DNA of 64,000 nt from Felis catus. Its lineage: Eukaryota. This document shows, piece by piece, positions 49,445 through 62,769 of the stretch. The stretch lies in contig NC_058371.1 in assembly GCF_018350175.1 (NCBI RefSeq), forward strand, positions 190,588,001-190,652,000, read 5' to 3'. The notes beneath the pieces were generated by a model that did not search any database, was not told where the DNA came from, and worked only from the letters and a program-made list of their open reading frames with translations. A program made the position numbers and the translations under genes. How positions within the stretch are numbered: position 1 is the first letter of the stretch; every line of letters begins with the position of its first letter.

Positions 49445-49752
49445 TGAAGTCAGACTTGGTCTTCATTTCAACTGGTCAATGAAATATGAGTGGAACTAAG
49501 GTGTCTCACTCCCAAGCAGAAACTTGCAAACCAGCATGTGGTTCACATCATGTCCTCTTTCCCTCTGTCAAGAGATCAGGAATAGTCTAGATAGAAGACT
49601 ATAGATAGAAGACAATCGATGCAATTGTCTGGATCTCAGAGTAAAAATGGCATGGAAAAACCATATTGAGATGAACTTACATCAAGAATGAGAAATAAAC
49701 CTTCAATTTTGTGTTTGTTACCACAGAATAACCTAGCATATACTGACTGATA
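49445..49752 (+). mobile_element. Old MaLR LTR fragment (MLT1-type)
   Basis: 'tggtcaatgaaatatgagtggaa' ... 'ataacctagcatatactgactgata'. Confidence 0.6.
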
Positions 49753-49900
49753 TGTGTAATAATAGTGATTCATTATTGAACAGTTTTGCACTCTCTATAT
49801 ATACCAGGTAAAAAGAGTATATACTTACAAATAAGGAAATAGAAGTATACCTGTCCCTAAAGGAGCTTATAGCATAGTGAGATTAAAATACCTACTAACT

Positions 49901-50111
49901 GGGGCGCCTGGGTGGCTCAGTCAGTTGACCGTCCGACTTCAGCTCAGGTCATGATCTCACCACTCCTGGGTTCAAGCCCCATGTCGGGCTCTGTGCTGAC
50001 AGCTCAGAACCTGGAGCCTGCTTCAGATTCTGTGTCCTGCTCTCTGCCCCTCCCTCACTCATGCTCTGTCTCTCTTTCTGTCAAGAATAAATAAAACATT
50101 AATTTGAAAAA
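49901..50111 (+). mobile_element. Can-SINE (earlier member of tandem pair)
   Basis: Full SINE; left TSD aaaatacctactaact 49885-49900. Confidence 0.96.
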
Positions 50112-50123
50112 AAAATACCTACT

Positions 50124-50342
50124 GGGGCGCCTGGGTGGCTCAGTCGGTTGAGCATCCGACTTCGGCTCAGGTCACGATCTCGCGGTCCGTGAGTTCGAGC
50201 CCCGCGTCAGGCTCTGGGCTGATGGCTCAGAGCCTGGAGCCTGCTTCCGATTCTGTGTCTCCCTCTCTCTGCCCCTCCTCCGTTCATGCTCTGTCTCTCT
50301 CTGTCTCAAAAATAAATAAAACGTTAAAAAAAAAATTAAAAA
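50124..50342 (+). mobile_element. Young Can-SINE (SINEC_Fc-like; later member of tandem pair)
   Basis: CpG-rich, shares diagnostic 'ctctgggctgatggctcag' with the 3844 copy; flanked by aaaataYctact 50112-50123 / 50343-50354. Confidence 0.96.
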
Positions 50343-52340
50343 AAAATATCTACTAACTGGAAAACTAGGTAACTATATTTCCATTACTGCATTCTCAAAC
50401 TGGCTGGTTCTCTATGGCAAAACAGAGAAGATGAAGCATTATGTAGGCAGTTAAATAAGAAAACCTTGGAGGCTGGGCAGCTCCGTGAACCTAATTAACA
50501 AGGTGGTTATCTTCTCCTTTGGCAACTACAATCCATGCCACAAACATGGATACAGATAGGGCAGATTCGATGTCCAACTGCAGTGGCGAAGCCATGAGGG
50601 ACTGTCAGGACGTGTTCCCTCTAAATGTCCATGCAGAGAAAACAGAACCCATTTGGCAGTCAACACTTTCAGCTCTGAATGGGAGACATGGTTCCCCGCA
50701 CTCCTTGCTGCTCACTGCATCACCCAGAACTGCTCTCCAGGGTAATCAAACACTACTGTGCACCACAGGGCATGGGATGCCTGGTAAAGGGACACCACAG
50801 GAACACAAAGACCACTTTATAATTTGGCCGTGGCTGGCATTTGGTTTTCCAAGGAGTCTGATGTATGGAAATGAAGCAATTGAAACCAGCATGATTTGGG
50901 TCTGATGGCTGTCCTCTTCTCCCCTAACAGGAGTAGGCAGCGTTTTATGAGCCTCATAAAAGGGTTTATGAGGCTTTGATGGGAAGTTGGCAGCCCAGGC
51001 TGCCTACACTGACCTGATGAAAAACAGCTCTTCTCTGCACCTACATGAAGGGTTTATGGTTGCGGTTGTTTGCTCAGAGCCCAGGTAGAGTGACGCCAGG
51101 GAAGTCAAAGAGATGGGCCTCGGAAATGAAGGAGGAAGAACTGAGCTCTGGCATGTCAGAACTTAGAAAGGCATCAGCACTACCAGGAATCTTGAGCCAA
51201 GATCCTAGAGAACCTGAGAAGACTTCATCCATTGGGTACTCTTAAGAGCTGCCCTTCTTCCATCTTTCCTAAATGATTACGGTCTTCCTCCCACTCTACA
51301 TCAGGACACTTCTGGTTTGATGACTCAGAGCATGAGCTTTGAAGATGTAGGGCCAGACTTGAATTCCCCCCACCATGACTTGCTATCTGATCCTCTGATT
51401 CCTACTCTTGCTTAGTAATGAGTCAATGAAATTATTTTAACAAAGTTCTTAAAACAATGCCTGGTGCCCAACTACGACTAAGAAATTAATGGCCATCACT
51501 AGCAGATGTAGGTTTGAGACGTAATTCCATCTTAGGCAGGTCAACTGACCTGACAGATTCTTAGTTTTCTCACCAACTGCATGGAAACGATGGAAGTGGG
51601 AAGGAGAAATAAATTAAGATACTGAGTGCGAACATGGTTAGTAAATTTTAAGGTTGAATACAAGGGATCATGCAAATTCTAAAAAGCACATTCTTGAATA
51701 ATACCAATATTAATGTTTAAATGTTAATATCATGTGTGTCATGTGTCAGAGTCGCTTCTAAGCACTTTTATATATTAATGCATTATCCTCATTACATCGC
51801 TATGACCTATCTACTTTATTATCTCTATCCTACAGAATGGAGGAAACTGAGGCAGAAAGGTTAAAGAACTTGCCTAAAGGAGAGCAAATATTAAAATTCA
51901 AAGCGTCTGACTCTTTTATCCTTGCTGTATTCTCTGTAATTTCTATACATATTTTCAAATTTAGATACACACTTCGAAACTGTCACACATGCAGATGTGT
52001 TGCTCTTAATGAACCAGATGGTGGGTTCTATCTGTGTGTTAAGTGTAGCTATAGCTAATTCCACAAAGAGAAAATGTGTGGCTTATCAAGATTTATGTAT
52101 TTTTTTTAGTGGTGCATTCCACAAATATTGACTGAAGTCTTACAATGTGGTAGGCATCATGGCAGACACTGGCAGAGGCTCACAGCATATTTCTCAAATA
52201 TTTTTCAAGATTTCTAGATCTACTACCTACAGACCATTTAGTCAGTTTCACACAACATGACTTAACTTCACCATGACTTCTACCATAATCACTCCAATTA
52301 ACTACATTCTCAAATGTCACATTCTAGTTACTTGTTCCAA

Positions 52341-52344
<4 letters not shown>

Positions 52345-52388
<44 letters not shown>
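52345..52388. repeat. (TG)n microsatellite (~22 units)
   Basis: Direct reading. Confidence 0.95.
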
Positions 52389-52390
<2 letters not shown>

Positions 52391-53673
52391 ATCACCATAC
52401 CAACTTTATTCAAAGTCTTTGTTTACTACCTTTTATTTAAAATTCCCTACTCCCCCAGCTCATATAATGACACTTTCCCCCCCGGACAGCAGTTTCATTG
52501 ACTCATTTTCCTCCCAAGCCATTATGCATAGAACATCCCCTGAACCCCACTGCTTCATAATCAAACCCTACGCCCCAGCATTCAATGCCCTTCAAGATCA
52601 CATCTCATACTACTTCTCTAGCTTTCCCTTCCACTATCTCCTTCATGCAGAAACCCTTCAGCATGCCTCACTATTCATTATTTGTCCTATCTCCGTACGT
52701 TTATCCCATCTGTTCTCAGAATTAACTATCTTCCCCATTTAGTGTTTGGTTCAAGACATCCTTCTCACTTCAGGCTAAGCCACAGCTAAAAGTAACATTT
52801 CCTTCTCCATATCCCAATGGTAATTTGCCATGCCACTCTGAAGACACTTACTGTATTTTATCCTGAACTACAACCCATTCTGTGCTTGTCTTTTAGCCTC
52901 CAGGAAGCTGTAAACACTTTCAAGGCTAGGTCTTCATCATTCATTTCATTCTCAAGCCTGGCATAGATTTGTACTCATGATAAATGTTCAATAAGTGTTA
53001 CTGGGTGGGTGGTTGGATGGATGAATGGATGGTCACAGACTCACATTACTAATCAACTAAGATTTCTATTAAGGCATATGTCTTACAACATTTAGGATGA
53101 GAACTGATTAAAACATCCATATTAGCAGTTGTCATCAGATACAATTTTTTTTCACTTTACAAATATTCTTAATTTGTAATCTGAGTAAAATCACAGGGGA
53201 AAAAAAGGTTTTAAAAATAAAAAGTAATTGTTGCTGGCAGCACTAGCTGGGACTCTGGGATTTAGCATACTGTATATTGGCCAAACCCACAAAAGTCTCC
53301 AGTGCCTCTATTTCCTCCTCTGAAGTCTGAAGTGAAGCTAAACAGAAATCCTCTAAGTGTCTGTCTGGTTCTGGAAATGTCTAGGTCTACCCTGCATCCT
53401 TCCATGGATAGTTTGGACACAATATATATTATTTCTTCAAACAAGAAGAAATTAAGGAGGAAATTCCATGGCACGCCATTAACAATCATTTGTCATTGTG
53501 GCTGGGAATAAATCAGAGTTCACACCTACCAGTGGGCTGTTTTAGAGAAAATTCTGAAGAGGATATTTATGAAAGAAGAAAATGGCACCTACCAATATTC
53601 TTGGCCAAGTCTAAAATTCTAGAATTGTGTGTATAAGACACCCTGAGTTACACTGAGTAGTGGTTCTCAGAAC

Positions 53674-53722
<49 letters not shown>

Positions 53723-53910
53723 CACACACACACGTATCTCCATACATATGAACATATTATGTGTGTGTATATATATACACACACACAAACATACATCTAC
53801 ATGTATATATACCTACATATCCACGTTTATTTCATGTATGTATATACATGTATACACATATATATATTTATATATGCATATATATACAGAAATTTTACAT
53901 ATGTATACTA
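53674..53910. repeat. (ATGTAT)n hexamer run grading into degenerate TA/CA/TG microsatellite
   Basis: Direct reading. Confidence 0.9.
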
Positions 53911-53958
53911 TGAAATATTCAAGAAACAGAAGCTTTAAAGGAGCAAAAAAAATAAGAA

Positions 53959-54158
53959 GGGGTGCCTGGACAGCTCAGTCAGTTAAGTGTCCAACTCTTG
54001 ATTTCAGCTCAGGTCATGATCTCATAGTTTGTGGCTTTGAGCCCCCCATTAGGTTCTGCAATGAGAGCACAGAGCCCACTTGGGATTCTCTCCCTCTCTT
54101 TCTGCCCTCCCCCACTCTCTCTCTCTCTCTCATGCACAAATAAATAAACTGTTAAAAA
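53959..54158 (+). mobile_element. Can-SINE
   Basis: 'ggggtgcctggacagctcagtcagttaag', CT tract, A-rich tail. Confidence 0.92.
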
Positions 54159-57114
54159 ATGAGAAAGAAGACAAAGAGATGTGGTAGAAATGGAGCTAAC
54201 TCTATTCAACTGAAATAAAACAATTTTTCCATTTATGTGCTGAAAAGACAAAGGAAGTGCGCCCTTTTAAGATATTTATCATTACTCTCCTTGTGAAGCC
54301 AGTGCTTTGTACTTGTCAGCAAGGAGAAGAGAGCTAAAATATGATGGAGTAGCAATGAACGTATCTTGTATCATGCCCATTATTTTATCAGATTCTTCTA
54401 GCCCCTAAATTCCTCCTAAATAAAACAAAACAAAATAATAAAAAATAAAAGTAACCTTTCCTTCATTTCTCACAAAGGCCTGTGCTGGGAAAGTACACTA
54501 GCATGTGACCTTAAAAGAGTGTCTGCCTCATCTGCACGGACGCATCTGTCAAGTCGATGCGACAAAAGAATGAGTGGGAGAGGCAGTCACAAATTATCAA
54601 GATTCCAGCACAGGTATCTCGTTTCGTAAAAACGAAACAAAACAAAAATGCCCAAAAGAAATGCCACAACTATGATCAGAAGCAAGTTATGAGCATTACA
54701 GGCTAGAATGTCCTCAACCAACTTTTTCAGAAAATGGAGAAAGCTTGATTACTTTGGATTTACAGGCACAGTTGAAGGGGAGGATCCTGGCGTTGCTGAT
54801 ATTTGCACGTCCATCATATGCAAAGCCTTTTAAAAGTGTCACCCCATGGTTTCCTCACAACGACTTTATAAGACACATCCCTTTTCCCATTTTTAACAAA
54901 TGGGGCTACAGAAGTTGACCCAGTTAATAACTGGTAGAGACACAATATGAGACCAATCTGCCTGCCCTAAAGGCTATGCTCTGGGCTTCACTGTAATTCC
55001 TTTGATTTCATCTACTACCGTAGACATCAGTTTTAGAGTGTTTTTTTTTTTTTTTTACTTGATTACTTTTCACCTTACAACAAGTAAGAAATAATAAGGT
55101 TGAGACATTATAACTATTTTTAACTTTATGGATGGCCTCAGGAAGTTTAAATTATTTGCCCAAACTCATGTGTTAAGTGTAGTATCTAAGACAAATGGTC
55201 AGATTCTGATTTTAAAGCTAATTCTTCCTGTAGTAGCACATACTGCATTTCACCAAACTTAGTATCAAGACAGAGCACTGCATATGTTTTTATTCCTTAA
55301 CACACAGTCCCATTTTGAAATAATAGATGAGAATTATACACACATACACAGACATACATAGTACACTACAGAGTTACTTTAATAAGTATTATATGTTGAA
55401 ATGTGTAATTTTTCATTAATGTGAAGATTCCCAGCCAAATTGTTCTACCATAGGAATGCTGAATAAAGAATAGCAGAAACTCCTCCAGCCAAAGAAAATT
55501 GCATAAACACAAAAAAACACTAATAGCTGTACTCTGTAAGAGTAATAGCGGCATGTCTTTGCTTGATTGGACTAAAACAGCATTTTAATGGAATAACCTT
55601 CATTTGACATTTAGCTAACTACTATTTCACAGAATCATGTTTCATTATAAAATGAGAGCCAATCTTAGCAATGATTGCAGCACTAGTTATTATAAAAATG
55701 TTTCTTATTTTATTCTCCCAATCGTTACCCTCCAACTCCTACTCAAGGATTTGTTTTCCTGCTTCTGATTTGAAGGAGGAGTAAAAGGGGACAAAAAACT
55801 TCCCAAAAGGCATTATCCTGAGAAACAATATTGCTTCACAATCTCCAAAGACCAGCCACATGCGCTAGCACATTTTTTTTTATTATAACCACCATTTTAA
55901 GACAGCTATTAGTTTTCCTTAAATGAAAGAAAAAGTTGAAGTCAAACATGTCCAGTGACTTTCCCAAGGTTGCAAAGCTACGGTGTATCTGAAATGAGAG
56001 CTGAAACTCAAATCTAGTCAATGTCCAGCCCGTTGCATCACCTCTTTACACTGGAACTTAATTCGACTTATCTCAGGCTTAGAAAATGCTAAGGGAAGTA
56101 TCATCAATATCAGGTAAAACCTGAGTTCCAAGGGGTTTCTTTAGGAACTCAATCCAATTGTGTTTCTAATCTTAAAATCCATTTTTCGTTTAATCTCAGC
56201 TCATTAGAACTGAAACAAACTGCAGAGAACATTCACTGGAAAAAAACATTATTTTGTCCAATTATGAACCAGAGATCATACAGGTCCTAGAGATACAAAG
56301 ATGAAGAAGGCAGAACCCATGGCTCTAAATACCTGCAATGCTAATTATTTGCACAACAAAAAGAATAAAATGTTAAGGCTGCTGGGGTAGAAGTATGTGC
56401 AAGATAGAAATGGATAGAAAGGAGAGAATACTTAATTTTGCCACTGGGCACAGAAAAGGGGGGCAGAAATTCACAGGGGAGGTTAACATTTTAGTTAGAA
56501 CTTAATGTATACATGTTCTTTAAAGCAGAAGGGAGGAGTGAAGTGGTGGCCGGATGGAGATCTGGTATACCAGAGGTCTGGTGGACTTGGAGGGAACAGC
56601 AACGGGATTGAGTGTGAATGTGAACTAGAGAGGGAAAGCTGGGGTGGGGGGGGGGGGAGAATGCATGTGTTTGTGGGAAGGTGTTGGCAACTGAAGACTA
56701 AGCATCATTAGCTCCTCACAGCACCTTGATGTGAATCAGGAAAGGGTGCCCCTAAATGGACCAGATATTCACAGTCACTCTCCCCGGGGCCAGCTGTCTA
56801 ACGTGGTGGCCTTGAAATAGAGAACACAGAAGAGATACAGAGCAGACAAGATGAGATTGAAGACACAGTGAAGCCGCGTAGGGTCTGAATGCTCAACTTT
56901 CTCCCATGTTATGCAGTCATTAAAGAGTTTTACAAAGGAACAAAACTGGCAGCAGAAAGACGGCAGAAGATGACAGCAATTCCAATGAGGTCCAAATCAC
57001 ACCTTACAACTAACTTCCTTTTCTAGAACTAATTTCATGTTCTCTCAAGAGATCGGAGAAAAAATTTAAAATAGTCAATTAAGGACACTATATGCTCCTT
57101 CACGTTTTTAAATG

Positions 57115-57116
<2 letters not shown>

Positions 57117-57149
<33 letters not shown>

Positions 57150-57156
57150 CATTATT
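57117..57156. repeat. (ATT)n microsatellite
   Basis: Direct reading. Confidence 0.9.
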
Positions 57157-58228
57157 TAATCAGTTTAGGCACAGAGAATTCAGGGTTTGTTTCCCTTTCC
57201 CCTGCCCTTAACTTAAAAACTAAGTTTTGAGGTGGGAGTAGGGAACTTACATATCAACCTGGCATCAGCTCTGGGACCACATGTTGGCATTGTTGGCTTC
57301 TCCTGTTTCCCAGACAGAAACAGGTCTGGCACCCTGCCTGGTCTCTGGATATCCTGTGATGATGCCTACAGAAGTCTAATTGATCACATCGGATTCTTTT
57401 AGGTATGTTGTCACACCTATTTATTCAATTAATATTTATTGGGTACCTGGTATATACCAGGCAATGATTTAGGTTCTACAAATAGGCAGTAATAAGCAAA
57501 TGAGGCAGAAGTCTCTGTCTGGTTGTGCTTAAATCCTACTGACTGTTGATATCCGTGCTGTAGTTTCTAGGCTTAGGTCCCAAGTCCCTGCCCCTGTGAC
57601 CTCCTCTCCCCAATTCCAGGCCTCCTTTAGTTTGGGACACCACTAACCCCCTTTGGACGTCTTCTTCAGTCATGTGTAAACTACTTCCCACGCATCAGAG
57701 TACACTGATGTCTTGCTAAATCCAAGGTTGGAGTGTCCCCAGGCTATACCATAAAGAGTGGAGAATAATGTTCCTCTGAAAGGAGGTGAGTGGGGAGCAG
57801 TACATGGACATCCCACCCCCTGCCCTTCAATCTCCATTTCCCTGTCTGAAACCCAACCCAGAAGAGAGCTTCTATGTCTCCTTTCCTCTCTTCCTGTCTC
57901 TCTCATTCTCACTTCGGTCTCATGACTTAGTCGTAACAACAAAAGCTGTAGCTACTCAAAGGGGAAATATACCTGTGCCATAACTATTAAGAAAATATTG
58001 TCTTTATTAAACAATGATTCAGATTCAAATTCATCGAGGTCAGTCTAACACACGAGGCATGAATGAGGAGAAATTTAGAGCAAACACTCACACAGCTTTG
58101 TAGGTTAGGTAGCTAACTCAGCTGTAATACCAAGGATGATGTCAAAGTGTCTTCCTGGGCACCTGAAAGGATGATGACATTATTCACAACCACAGGGGAC
58201 AACAGGAAAACTGCAAAGATGCTCGGCT

Positions 58229-58230
<2 letters not shown>

Positions 58231-58270
<40 letters not shown>
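58231..58270. repeat. (GT)20 microsatellite
   Basis: Direct reading. Confidence 0.95.
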
Positions 58271-58272
<2 letters not shown>

Positions 58273-61200
58273 CGTTTGCCTGCTGTCCTTGAGGTATTTG
58301 AGAATATCTGGTTAAAAATTCCCACCTCTGTTTCAAAAACTGGGCTGAAGATCCCTATGAGTAAATCCTTAGCACAGAAGTAGTATTTAAAGCCATGGAG
58401 AGATCATCTCATCCAACTCTCCCTCCCCACCACCACCAACCCATTTTGTAGGTTCAAGAGTTTACTCATAAGCAGGGTCAAATGGCTATTTTCTGGCAGA
58501 GGCAATCTAAAGTTCTCCTCACTTCCAGCCCTGCAACGAGGTCCACCGTAAGTTAGCAAACCATGTCTGAGATGGAAAGAGATGAAAGAGGAAACAAAAT
58601 CTACAAATTTCAATCACAATGTTAGACTCAGAGATATTGCACATGTGAGAAAATTTTCAAGTTAAACTATCTCTGGATGAACTGTTGTGTGTGCTTCCTG
58701 AGACACCTGCCACATTTACTTGTCACCAAAGTGAGCAGAAGAGTCCCCCGGGCAAGAGATCCTTTGCATAAATTAGGTGTGAAGGATGCAAAGCACATTT
58801 GCGATGTCTCTATAGGAGAGCGGAGAAAGGCTGGTTTGCTGCAGAATGGACTAACTTCTTAGAACAAACTCTTCAGTCAGTGATTGTGTTACTATAACAT
58901 GAATAGAAATGACTGCCTGTGGAAAGAACAGCACATCTTGGGGGGAACACCAGTTTCCCCTTCCACTGGTTCTCAAACAACGAAATAGTCAGTTCTTCTG
59001 AAAGAAACAGTCTCCAGAGTAAACTTTGTGTCTTCTCCTCCAGATTGACTGATCAAAGCCCTATTAGTCTCACTATGACTCCCTGACAATGCAAAACATG
59101 TTCCTCTACAGTCATGGACTGGGGCTCATTTTCTACTAGAGGTTTAGCACAATTTACTTCTTTTTCACTCAATTATGTCAAGGTGTCTAATAGGAAAGTT
59201 GGTTATGTAAGTTTAAAAGCTTGCAAATTAAAAGCCAGTCGAAATTTCTGTGTCTCATGGGGGGCGTAATGGGAAGGAGAGCTCCCTCCCTCCCACATGA
59301 CCATATGCTGCTCATCCTTTATGGCCCAACTTAATTATCTCAGTACCTCATGGTCTCAGTGTAAGGTCCAAATATTCGAGATGATAAAAACACAACTAGC
59401 TTTGGAAAACAAGTTGCAGAATGATAGATGATCACACATTAAATTATCCCCTGAGATTTCAAATGTAATCTACCATTCTGTGAAAGATCACAAATTCTTT
59501 TCTCCAAGATAAAAATATCAAAACAAGGAAAAATCATTTCAAGTGTACTCCTAAACCCCACCGCCCACATAGATCTGCACGGGAATCTGTTTGTCATTCA
59601 TTTGTTCTTTCAGGTAATAACCAGAGCTGGGTTCAAATCCCAGCTCCACTACTGGTCCTGTCTTATGTTCCAGACACTCAGCTAGGCTTTGCAGAGACAT
59701 GCTTTTGAAGAACTTCAACACTACCTGAAAAAGCGAACGATGCTGTGTGGAGCGAGACATGCAAATAAATAATTGCCATGTAAGTTACTGGGTGAAGACG
59801 ATAATGATGATGATGGCAGACATGTGCACAAGGGGGCTCAAAGGAAGGGAGCAGGTAGTTCAGAGAAGGCATTCCAACAGAGCAGAAGAGCAGGAAACTT
59901 CTAAGCAGTTACAAGGAAGATGGGGTGCGGCACAGGTGGACTGCTTTATGAGACAGAAAAAACGGGTGCCGTGCCCTTAGCAAGGACTGCTTTATGAGAA
60001 AATGGTAAGTAATTACTATCTGTCCACATGTTCCTTATATTTTACCATATGCCCTCTCCCTTGAGTGCTGTCTTACTTAGAATACTGCTCTTTTTTCCCA
60101 GAACCTCTGCTGTAAACTTCAACCAAGACTGTCCTGTACCTGAAACCCTGACTTCCCAGACTTTCCCATCGCCAGCTCCAATTTTAGCACCGATTCTCCT
60201 AAACAAAGGAACTGGTATAAATCATACTAAGATGCCTTAAGAGTTTCTTGGGTGATTCAAATCCCATCTCTCCCCTCTACTAGCTGTGTGACACTGAGCA
60301 TCAATTTAACTTCTAAGCCTCCACTTGTTCATCTGCATAGTAAAGACTGTAACTCACTGGATCATCTGAACATTCAACAGTCAATACCATATATCTCTAA
60401 ATAAAGACTGAGGACATTTTCTTCAATGAAAATATCCTAACGTAAGTTTTTGGCAAATTTGATACTGTACGTTTTTATGGATATGTTCAAAATACTTAAA
60501 TACACACTTTCAATAATTAAGCTATATGTTATTCACTCACATAAAATAATATTTTATGTAAATCACGTCAGAATTTAAAATATTGCTTTTCCAACTCGTA
60601 TTTTATGAATCTGCTTTTTCTAATCGTTCACATACATATTCAACATCAGCCTTCATCATCATAGAACACAAGTTTCAGAGCGCATCCTTGTTCCTTGAAA
60701 TAACAGAGTTTTATAAGTTGTAACATCCTTGTATGATGCTGTCTCTGGAATTTTATTCTAGGATTCAGGTGCCCATCTGCCTCCCCTGAATATGTTATTA
60801 AAAATTCCAAAAGGTTTGGTCTAGCTAGGTAGAGATAATCCAAATAGAGAGCTGAAGAATGACAAACTTAAATTTAGGAAAAAGGGAGGGACGAAAGGAA
60901 GGAGAGACGGAAAGAAGGAAGGAAAAACTGAAATACAGTTACGTCTAAAATGTCAATATACTTATAAAATCATTACAAAGTTTAACGTAAAACAGAAGAT
61001 AAGTGACATTAAAATTTATAACTTAATACTATATAATACTGAACTGAAAATCCTACATTGTTCATTATAAAGAGAAAGGGTGAGGGATTAAGAAGTGAAA
61101 TCACCCTCAAGTATTTAGTCAGTATGCAAATTTTTTGTCTTCAGTCATAAATAAGCATGCACATGTTTTAAAAAAGGTGAAAGGTCTATACCAGAGCATA

Positions 61201-61436
61201 GCATGCACATATTTAAGAAAGCACAATACTCCCCCTTTGAAAACAAAGAGTAACCTCACTCTACCTATCTCCCTTTCCCCAGAGCAATCTCTCTCAGTTC
61301 TTTAGCTGGATAGTCTTATTTGCCTCTTCATTCTGTGCCCTTACTGCTATTACTTGCCTTCTCGGTTTCAGTTGTAATCTATCAGACTCCTCCACAGAAG
61401 ACGAAGCTCCGGCAGGGTTTCTTTTGTCAGCCTCCA

Positions 61437-61546
61437 GCACGCATGCGTGTAAACGCAGGCACGCGCACGCATGCGCACTCATGCACACGGGCGCACGCAA
61501 TGCACGCACGCACGTACAGGCACATACGCGCACGCACGCACGCGTT
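61437..61546. repeat. Degenerate (CGCA)n alternating purine-pyrimidine tract
   Basis: About 19 CpGs and 9 CACGC pentamers in ~110 bp (hand count). Confidence 0.85.
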
Positions 61547-62769
61547 CTTACCCGGTCGTGTTTTTATTACCCCCTGCTTCCCAACGTGGTTCGATACGTT
61601 TACGTGATTGTTACCAAAAAGGTGCTATTCAGAGCTTGTAACAAACCATGGAGTGGTGATTAGTTATCCCTTCCCACAAAACGTGAACTTTTGGAAGAAG
61701 TCTCTTCCCGAAAGACCAGCTTAGATTGGAACTGACAGCGAGCGGCTCTCGTCACGGATTTCTGGGAGGGATTGGCCTGTGCAAAAACTTGGAAAAAAAG
61801 AGTCTCCTGGGAGGGGCTGACTATACAGCCCCTGGGGCCGCAGTTGATCCCAGAGCCCAACGACAGGCATCTTCCCTCGCCTCCACCAAGCATCTTAAGT
61901 TCATTTCAGGGGCTTAACCCTGATGCTGTGGGCCAAACCTTAATACACGAAGGTTCACAGTCTTCTCAGTTCAGGGTTGCTGCACATAGCCACTCACAGT
62001 TGCCGTGGGACAAGGGTGACCAGGAGGCAGCCAAATCACCCTGGTGCCTCGCATGTCCCTCTCTGCCACCATTTTTCACCCATGCACAAGCTGATTCGTT
62101 CATAAGCCAAACTTACTTTACTTCAAACATTGGTACAGAACCCCTTTATAGATCTACGTGCAAGCCAGAGAAGGAGCACCGGTGCAATTGTGGGTGACAT
62201 GCAAGCCTACCTGCTCACGTATATACAAGTATTCTCCAGTCCCAATACTCCATCCCAGATACACCATTTCCACCTTAGGATGGACAGCTGCTGGACTTGT
62301 TCAGCACTGGGACCCACTTCATGGCTCAGTGGGTGTGACAGACCTCCATAGTAATGAGAAGTTCTGGCCATAGGGTCATTTGGTGTCTGACAGCCAAATG
62401 GTCCATCTCTCCTAGGGCCCAGTAACATGCCACAAACTGTTTCTAAAAGGACGTACAGGAAATCGTCTGCAGTAAATGGCACGGTCTCATCCTAGGATCC
62501 CAGGGTTTTGAGTTGTGATTCTCCTACCAAGCTTGCCACAAACTCTACAGTGCATCCTTGCCCACTACGAACACTTCCAACGCCACAGAGTGTACAGGAT
62601 CATATGACGCAAAAGGAAAGTTGATTGTCTCTTGGCCTAGATTTGCTACAGCGCCTTTCCTGCTCCAGGCCCCACTCAAAGCCATGTCATTTGGTATATG
62701 TGCCATTCAGTATATCTGTGACACAATGTATCTGTGTCACTCAGCAAATGGCTGGAACAATATTCCTAG

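Noticed and set aside
53611-54143. Cys/His/Ile/Tyr-rich ORFs
   Set aside because: Translations of TA/CA/ATGTAT microsatellite and an adjacent SINE.
61400-61900. Canonical CpG island promoter
   Set aside because: Most CpGs come from a ~110-bp simple repeat and GC content is only moderate; kept only as a candidate regulatory element.
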